Source of the DNA: Patescibacteria group bacterium
Lineage (GTDB): Bacteria; Patescibacteriota; UBA1384; XYA2-FULL-43-10
DNA: 32,000 bases
Direction of reading: 5' to 3'
Assembly (NCBI GenBank): GCA_041674405.1
Contig: JBAYVT010000001.1
Span: 180,001-212,000, forward strand
The translations under genes were made by a program, and so were the position numbers. This document shows positions 27,118 to 32,000 of this stretch, one piece after another (position 1 is the stretch's first letter; every line of letters begins with the position of its first letter). The notes under the pieces are model-generated. The model was not told the DNA's origin. It did no database searches and saw only the letters and a list, made by a program, of their open reading frames with translations.

Positions 27118-27675
27118 ATGAAAACCGAATCTAAACAATTTTTGTTAAAAATCGCTCGAAAATCGCTCGAGAATTACTTTAGGGGCAAAGGAAAATTGAA
27201 AGTTGATGAATCTAATGCTCCGGCCGAAACAAATAAACTAGGAGCAACATTTGTTACGTTAACAAAAGATGGCGAATTGCGTGGCTGCATCGGTTCACTG
27301 ATCGCGAAGAAAAAAATATATGAGGACGTAATTAATAATTCACTCAATGCCGCTTTTTCCGATCATAGGTTTCCACAGCTTGCTGAGTCCGAACTTAATG
27401 AGATTAAAATTGAAATTTCGGTCTTGGGTGAGGCAAAACACATGCAAATCAAATCGCCTAAAACGTTTTTGGAAGAAATCGAAAGGAATAAGCCAGGTTT
27501 GATCCTACAGGTTGGAATGAACCAAGCAACTTATCTACCCCAGGTCTGGGAAGATTTACCGGAACCAAATGAATTTATGTCGACCCTCTCCCAAAAAGCT
27601 GGCCTTCTGGCTGATGCGTGGGCTCGTCCGGATGCCGAAATCTTTACATATAATGTCGATGATATTCAAGAGTAG
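27118..27675 (+). CDS. AMMECR1 domain protein
   Basis: Signature 'GELRGCIGSL' with 'ATYLPQVW' and a length of about 185 aa. Confidence 0.88.
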   Translation: MKTESKQFLLKIARKSLENYFRGKGKLKVDESNAPAETNKLGATFVTLTKDGELRGCIGSLIAKKKIYEDVINNSLNAAFSDHRFPQLAESELNEIKIEISVLGEAKHMQIKSPKTFLEEIERNKPGLILQVGMNQATYLPQVWEDLPEPNEFMSTLSQKAGLLADAWARPDAEIFTYNVDDIQE

Positions 27676-27695
27676 TAAAAGATTTGAGATGCCAA

Positions 27696-28040
27696 TTATT
27701 TTTCCCAAATCGAGATCGTAATACATGTGCCGGCAAGAAAAAGCCAAGCCGGGATTATATATAGTACCCAGTACGTCCCTTGAACGATCGAAGTTGCAAG
27801 AACAAGAGCAAATAATACTCCGTAGGCAATGGCGCCTGCTTTTTTTGAAAACAATGCAACAATCAAGCCCGCAAGAAATAAAATTGTTGGAATAATTACA
27901 AGTCCGGAAAAAGCCGCATCATGGGTAGCCACATAAGATGCAATTACATACCAAATAGATACGGCAACAAGTAACGCACCGAGAAAAATGCCGAGCCAAA
28001 AAATTATCCCCTTTTTGCCTTTCACATTTTTTGAAGGCAT
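27696..28040 (-). CDS. Small integral membrane protein (4 predicted TM helices)
   Basis: 114 aa, almost entirely hydrophobic helices. SD AAGGAG lies inside the end of the upstream small ORF, and the start is 1 nt after that ORF's stop. Confidence 0.7.
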   Translation of the reverse strand: MPSKNVKGKKGIIFWLGIFLGALLVAVSIWYVIASYVATHDAAFSGLVIIPTILFLAGLIVALFSKKAGAIAYGVLFALVLATSIVQGTYWVLYIIPAWLFLAGTCITISIWEK

Positions 28041-28041
28041 A

Positions 28042-28203
28042 TTACTCCTTCGTGTAGATTGCCCAAACGCCGAAGACCACCGCCACTATCAACCATGAAG
28101 AGGCTGATAGCCAGACTCCGACTCCAAGCGCATCTAGAAGCGCTAAAACCGCAGCGATTACCGACAGCACGATAGCTGTCATTGAAAGTCCTTTGCTTTT
28201 CAC
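28042..28203 (-). CDS. Unannotated small membrane protein (53 aa, 2 TM), below the ORF-track cutoff
   Basis: My translation is MKSKGLSMTAIVLSVIAAVLALLDALGVGVWLSASSWLIVAVVFGVWAIYTKE*. The GTG start is preceded by AGGGAGGA (an alternative ATG is at codon 8). The TAA stop at 28044-28042 sits 1 nt before the next gene's ATG. Confidence 0.55.
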   Translation of the reverse strand: MKSKGLSMTAIVLSVIAAVLALLDALGVGVWLSASSWLIVAVVFGVWAIYTKE

Positions 28204-28216
28204 ATTTCCTCCCTTT

Positions 28217-28230
28217 CCGCCAGCTGGCGG
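28217..28230. promoter_or_regulatory. Perfect 14-bp GC-rich palindrome between tsaC and the small membrane ORF
   Basis: CCGCCAGCTGGCGG is self-complementary and can form the CCGCC-agct-GGCGG hairpin. It lies immediately 5' of the small ORF's SD on the minus strand. Confidence 0.4.
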
Positions 28231-28254
28231 ATTAACATAACTATCTACATTATA

Positions 28255-28836
28255 TCAAATTCCTGCAATAATTTCTTTGGCGGTATCGAGACTTGCTCCT
28301 TTGCGAAGTATGGATTTTGTTTCCAGATCGATCAATGTAGACGGAATCTTGATCGTGCAATCGCCCGATACGATAAAATCTACCAGTAATTTCAAGTCAT
28401 CACTTCGAACTATATCCGGGTCACCAGAAATATTCGCGGACGTTGTGATTATCGGTTCACCCAATTCCTCAATAATTTTTATGATAAGATCATATTTTGG
28501 TATTCTTACACCAACCTTACCAAACCCCGCTGTGATTTTCTCACTAACCAAATCGTTTTTTGGAAGGAGAAATGTGTATGGCCCAGGCAGATATTTACGT
28601 AAGATTTTCTCATACTCTTCCGGCAATTTAACATACTTCTTAATCATTTCAACAGACGAAAACGCCAAAGACATCGGCTTTGAAAAATCTCTCCCTTTCA
28701 ATTCAAAAACTTTATCGACGGCGTCTAAGTTGGAAACCACACAGCCTATGCCATATGTTGTATCCGTCGGATATCCGATAACTCCACCAGAACGAAGTGA
28801 CTGAACGGCTTTTTTGATAATTACAGCGTCTTTCAT
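28255..28836 (-). CDS. tsaC: L-threonylcarbamoyladenylate synthase, TsaC/YrdC type (t6A biosynthesis)
   Basis: 'GGVIGYPTDTTYGIG', 'KGRDFSKPMSLAF' and 'TTSANISG'. At 193 aa it is the short YrdC-only form. Confidence 0.9.
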   Translation of the reverse strand: MKDAVIIKKAVQSLRSGGVIGYPTDTTYGIGCVVSNLDAVDKVFELKGRDFSKPMSLAFSSVEMIKKYVKLPEEYEKILRKYLPGPYTFLLPKNDLVSEKITAGFGKVGVRIPKYDLIIKIIEELGEPIITTSANISGDPDIVRSDDLKLLVDFIVSGDCTIKIPSTLIDLETKSILRKGASLDTAKEIIAGI

Positions 28837-28892
28837 TGTTTATTTGTAGCAATTTCACCGCGGTCGCGGAAGAATTACTACATTTTTCATAA

Positions 28893-29984
28893 TTATTTAG
28901 TTAGGTCTATCTTTATAGAATCATCTGCAATTTTTAATGAGTTAAATTCTTCATCGTCAGGGAAAATGGCTTTGATCCTAGCTAATTTTGTACTCCCGGT
29001 GTCAAGGGCTGGTTTTACATTTGTCGAGGTGAATGGGGAAAATTTCAATGTCATACTTGATTCATCTATGTCTCCAGAAATTATAAGCCCTTGCTGGGTT
29101 TCGGGCGAAAAAAATTGATCAAAGACAAAATTTCCGAGAGAGTAAATTATCGGTCGGTTATTATAGACTTGTACATCTTGTACAACATGCGGATGCCCCC
29201 CGATAACCATTGTTGCTCCGGCATCAATCCAGGATTTGGCCATGTTTTCTTGTGTTTTATTGTGAATACTTTGATATTCGACCCCCCAATGCGGGATGAT
29301 AATTACGCGCTCGCCCTTTATAACTTCGGCTTTGATTGAATTTACAATTTCAGAATTATCCAAACCGACTAGAATGTCGGCTGTAATAATTGCGATTGGA
29401 ATTTTAGTCTCAAGCTCGACAATATTTGTGGAGTCAAAATCATTTTGGCTGCCGGAATACTTTATTTCAGACTCAGAGAGAACTTTTTTTGTGTTAGCAA
29501 ACCCATTTGTGCCAGCATTCATCGTGTGGTTGTTGGAAAGCGAAACAATATTCAAACCAAGATATTTTAGCGTATCGATAGTTTCAGGCGGAAAGTTAAA
29601 ATTCATGCTGCCGGAAAGATAATCATCGTTGATTTCGCCTGCCGAGATCGGCCCCTCCAGATTTGCAAATGCGATGTCGGAATTTTTAAAAATCGCAATA
29701 TCTAAATTATCAAAAATCCGGTTTAAACCGATATCCTTGTATTTGTGCCAGACATTCCGGTCGAACATCAAGTCGCCACCAAAAGCAAAGGTGGTCTTGG
29801 CAATCTCCGCAGGTTTTGATTCTTGTGGAGTCTCGTTGGCAGAATTCGTCTTAATTTCTGTCGCGCTAGCGGGTTTATCGCTTGTTCTGCTTTTTGAAAA
29901 GTAATAAAAACCGCTTGCAACAAGAAGGATCAAGGCGATAAAAATTAGCAGGCGAATTAATTTTGGTTTTCTTTTTTGTTCCAA
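28893..29984 (-). CDS. CapA/PGA_cap family metallophosphatase-like protein, membrane-anchored
   Basis: N-terminal TM helix, then 'FGGDLMFDR', 'ANLEGP', 'SLSNNHTMN', 'IPHWGVEYQ', 'GGHPHVVQ' and 'YSLGNFVFDQ'. TTG start; overlaps the upstream gene by 28 nt. Confidence 0.85.
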   Translation of the reverse strand: MEQKRKPKLIRLLIFIALILLVASGFYYFSKSRTSDKPASATEIKTNSANETPQESKPAEIAKTTFAFGGDLMFDRNVWHKYKDIGLNRIFDNLDIAIFKNSDIAFANLEGPISAGEINDDYLSGSMNFNFPPETIDTLKYLGLNIVSLSNNHTMNAGTNGFANTKKVLSESEIKYSGSQNDFDSTNIVELETKIPIAIITADILVGLDNSEIVNSIKAEVIKGERVIIIPHWGVEYQSIHNKTQENMAKSWIDAGATMVIGGHPHVVQDVQVYNNRPIIYSLGNFVFDQFFSPETQQGLIISGDIDESSMTLKFSPFTSTNVKPALDTGSTKLARIKAIFPDDEEFNSLKIADDSIKIDLTK

Positions 29985-30238
29985 AAATCCTCCGCTTCTG
30001 CTTCTAATTTTTCGAGCCGGTCATAGTAATCAGGATACTCATTAAGATGCGCCAAAGCGATTTTTCCGGTTACAAGAGAATCATCACTGGTTACATTCGT
30101 GGCTTCATCGCGATTGCCATGTTCTAATTCAACACCCATCCCCTTGCGATACTGCTCAATATCAAAACGCGACCAATCGATGCCCAATCTTTCTCCAATT
30201 TCTTTTGCCTCTTCCGCAGAAAATGATTCCTTTGGCAT
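29957..30238 (-). CDS. Small cytoplasmic protein, DUF5661-like
   Basis: 93 aa with 'GMGVELEHG...TNVTSDD...KIALAHLNEYPDYYDRL'. The family name is recalled from memory. Confidence 0.65.
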   Translation of the reverse strand: MPKESFSAEEAKEIGERLGIDWSRFDIEQYRKGMGVELEHGNRDEATNVTSDDSLVTGKIALAHLNEYPDYYDRLEKLEAEAEDFWNKKENQN

Positions 30239-30264
30239 AATTTCTCCTTCATGGACTTTATAAA

Positions 30265-30840
30265 CTATTTAAATAATATCATATGAAGATTTGACCAATT
30301 TGAGACTATTAATGATATTAAAATAATATTGGCAACAGGAAAAATAATTAGATTTTCAAACCAATGCCCGGTTTCGATTCTGATTCCATCAAATGGCTTA
30401 GGCGGAATGCCGAAAAAGCGTTTCCAAGGATAGAACAATGGGATTCCCTCAACCGTAAACATGTCGGCTAAAAGATGGGCCAGATAAGCAAGCCCAAAAG
30501 CTATGATGACCGGAGCCGGTAAAACACCCCAATACAAGGGAAGCGAATTCAGCAGTAAAATTATCAAAATATTAAAGATTGCATAACCAAGAATTGAGTG
30601 TGTGATATTACGATGTTTGATAAACGGATCAACTAGATGGCCAACCGCGTGCCCTGAACCAAATGGTAATTTATCCCAAATTTCCGAAGCCGGCTGGTCG
30701 ATATCAGGCAAAAGCGCACCAAAATAAGAGAACAATAAAACCGCTGCAAATGTCGCCGGCATATAGCTAGCATCTTGCATTGCAATAAAGCTTCCCATTC
30801 CTATTGTGATACCAATTGCTTTATGGGTTTTTCCGGTCAT
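30265..30840 (-). CDS. Membrane-bound metal-dependent hydrolase, YdjM/DUF457 family
   Basis: 'MTGKTHKAIG', 'LLPDIDQPAS' and 'HRNITHS', with multiple TM helices. Confidence 0.8.
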   Translation of the reverse strand: MTGKTHKAIGITIGMGSFIAMQDASYMPATFAAVLLFSYFGALLPDIDQPASEIWDKLPFGSGHAVGHLVDPFIKHRNITHSILGYAIFNILIILLLNSLPLYWGVLPAPVIIAFGLAYLAHLLADMFTVEGIPLFYPWKRFFGIPPKPFDGIRIETGHWFENLIIFPVANIILISLIVSNWSNLHMILFK

Positions 30841-30920
30841 TTACATCCCAAATAAATAATATGGAAACAATCCAGCATTCCCGATAAAATAGATTATGAG
30901 AAAATTATATCAAACCTTTT

Positions 30921-31595
30921 ATGAGACAGAAATTACTCCGAAAATATTCAATTATTATTATTGCGATAGCCGCCACGCTTTTAGCAATTTTGATCTACCT
31001 TGTGTACTATCATCCAATTTCACACATTGATATTGCCTTTTCCCGAGATTTGCAATCGGAAGGTGACACAGGTTTGAGCCGAACGCTTTTTTTTAGCATA
31101 TTTAGGTCCATCAGCTTTTTGGGGATACCAGTCGTTGCCGGAGTTATGATTGTGCTTTCTGCTCTCTTATTCTGGTTTTTCGGCTATTTCCGTGAATCAA
31201 TTTATATATTGATAACTGTTGTCGGTACTCCAATTGAAGAACTAGCAAAACTGATCATCGGCCGGCCGCGGCCTCCAGCTGATGTCGTCAAAATAATCGA
31301 CCAGCAATCCTCTCCGAGTTTCCCTAGTGGGCACGTAGTTTTCTTTACAATTTTTTTCGGATTTTTGATAGCTGCGATGATTATAAATAAAAAAATAAAA
31401 CTCTGGATTAGAGTTGCATTAGCATCAATTTCTACAATTTTGGTGGTTTTAGTTTCTTTTTCGCGGGTTTATCTCGGATCACATTGGATATCCGACGTTA
31501 TCGGAGGCTACCTTGTAGGAATAATCATACTTTGTATGATTTTGTATTTTTATCTAAAACCAATATTTAAAATATCTGACCGAATTAAAATTTAG
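30921..31595 (+). CDS. PAP2 family phosphatase (undecaprenyl-diphosphatase-like)
   Basis: The three PAP2 motifs are present: 'KLIIGRPRP', 'PSGH' and 'SRVYLGSHWISD'. There are 5-6 TM helices. Confidence 0.88.
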   Translation: MRQKLLRKYSIIIIAIAATLLAILIYLVYYHPISHIDIAFSRDLQSEGDTGLSRTLFFSIFRSISFLGIPVVAGVMIVLSALLFWFFGYFRESIYILITVVGTPIEELAKLIIGRPRPPADVVKIIDQQSSPSFPSGHVVFFTIFFGFLIAAMIINKKIKLWIRVALASISTILVVLVSFSRVYLGSHWISDVIGGYLVGIIILCMILYFYLKPIFKISDRIKI

Positions 31596-32000
31596 CTAAA
31601 ATAAAAGCAGCCAGAAATCCTAAAACGGTAATTATTCCGATCGAAAATCCACCCTCCTCATATGCTTCCGGCATCATCGTGTCCGCTAACATGGCGAGAA
31701 TTGCACCGGCCGCAAACGCTTCGATAATACCAATGTTGTTCGGATCGATGTCGGTAAGAAATATGTAACTCAATATTGTTATCACTAGAGTTGTGATCGC
31801 TACGATCGCCCAGGTGGTGAATATTTTTTTGTTGGAATAGCCCTCTTTCTTAAGCCCAGTAATGGATGAAATTCCCTCCGGGAAGTTGGATATAACGATC
31901 GCCATTGCCATCAGGAAGCCCCTGCCATGCCCCGCAAACAAAGATATGCCGAGAGCTGCCGATTCGGGTATTCCATCCAGAATTGCCCCCAGAGTGATTG
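31585..32000 (-). CDS. ZIP family metal transporter (ZupT-like), 5' part beyond the window
   Basis: The frame is open to the window end (upstream translation ...ITLGAILDGIPESAALGISLFAG...). 'ISNFPEGIS' resembles the ZIP HNxPEG region, with hydrophobic helices. The 3' end overlaps the PAP2 gene convergently by 11 nt. Confidence 0.8.
   Translation of the reverse strand, partial: ITLGAILDGIPESAALGISLFAGHGRGFLMAMAIVISNFPEGISSITGLKKEGYSNKKIFTTWAIVAITTLVITILSYIFLTDIDPNNIGIIEAFAAGAILAMLADTMMPEAYEEGGFSIGIITVLGFLAAFILAKF

Noticed and set aside
28277-28804. 175-aa plus-strand ORF, with similar long antisense ORFs at 9906-10304 and 22851-23282
   Set aside because: They lie entirely antisense to genes with strong family motifs (tsaC, cdaA, the sugar transferase). 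They have low-complexity Ser/Ile/Phe-rich products and no SD.

Overview
This is a low-GC (about 40% in hand-counted samples), gene-dense bacterial chromosome segment. Most genes lie on the minus strand with tight or overlapping junctions. The gene content and the many small exported or DUF-type proteins suggest a small-genome bacterium such as a Patescibacteria/CPR member; that placement is inference only. Recognisable genes, in order: a partial sensor histidine kinase, dnaK, a PepSY-like membrane protein, a truncated dnaJ-like gene, an acidic orphan, and obg fused to a C-terminal Nudix domain. Next come a LysM-CHAP hydrolase, cdaR and cdaA, infB, gyrA and gyrB. After those is a DUF4012 / GT4 / polyprenyl-phosphate sugar transferase envelope cluster, a small zinc-ribbon protein, and an operon of three exported proteins ending in a CxxC thioredoxin-like protein. 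The window finishes with a PolB-like DEDD exonuclease, AMMECR1, two small membrane proteins (one absent from the ORF track), tsaC, a capA-like gene, a DUF5661-like gene, a YdjM-like hydrolase, a PAP2 phosphatase and a partial ZIP transporter. I saw no rRNA, tRNA, CRISPR array, transposase or integrase. The stand-out is a roughly 0.65 kb GC-rich cassette at about 10811-11470 on the minus strand, wedged between the infB terminator and the cdaA promoter. It has a near-consensus promoter and an AAGGAG Shine-Dalgarno (SD) site, then a 163-aa acidic, Cys-containing orphan ORF with G/C-ending codons. A complete type III hammerhead ribozyme motif (10878->10824) lies 32 nt after the stop codon. There is no intrinsic terminator before the c-di-AMP synthase operon. 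Secondary observations: the Obg-Nudix fusion, a perfect 18-bp palindrome over the dnaK promoter followed by a long structured leader, a 7-copy CACAGAA/TTCTGTG array in the obg leader, other intergenic word repeats, and low-complexity extensions in GyrA and GyrB. All family names are from motif recognition by eye and need HMM confirmation.
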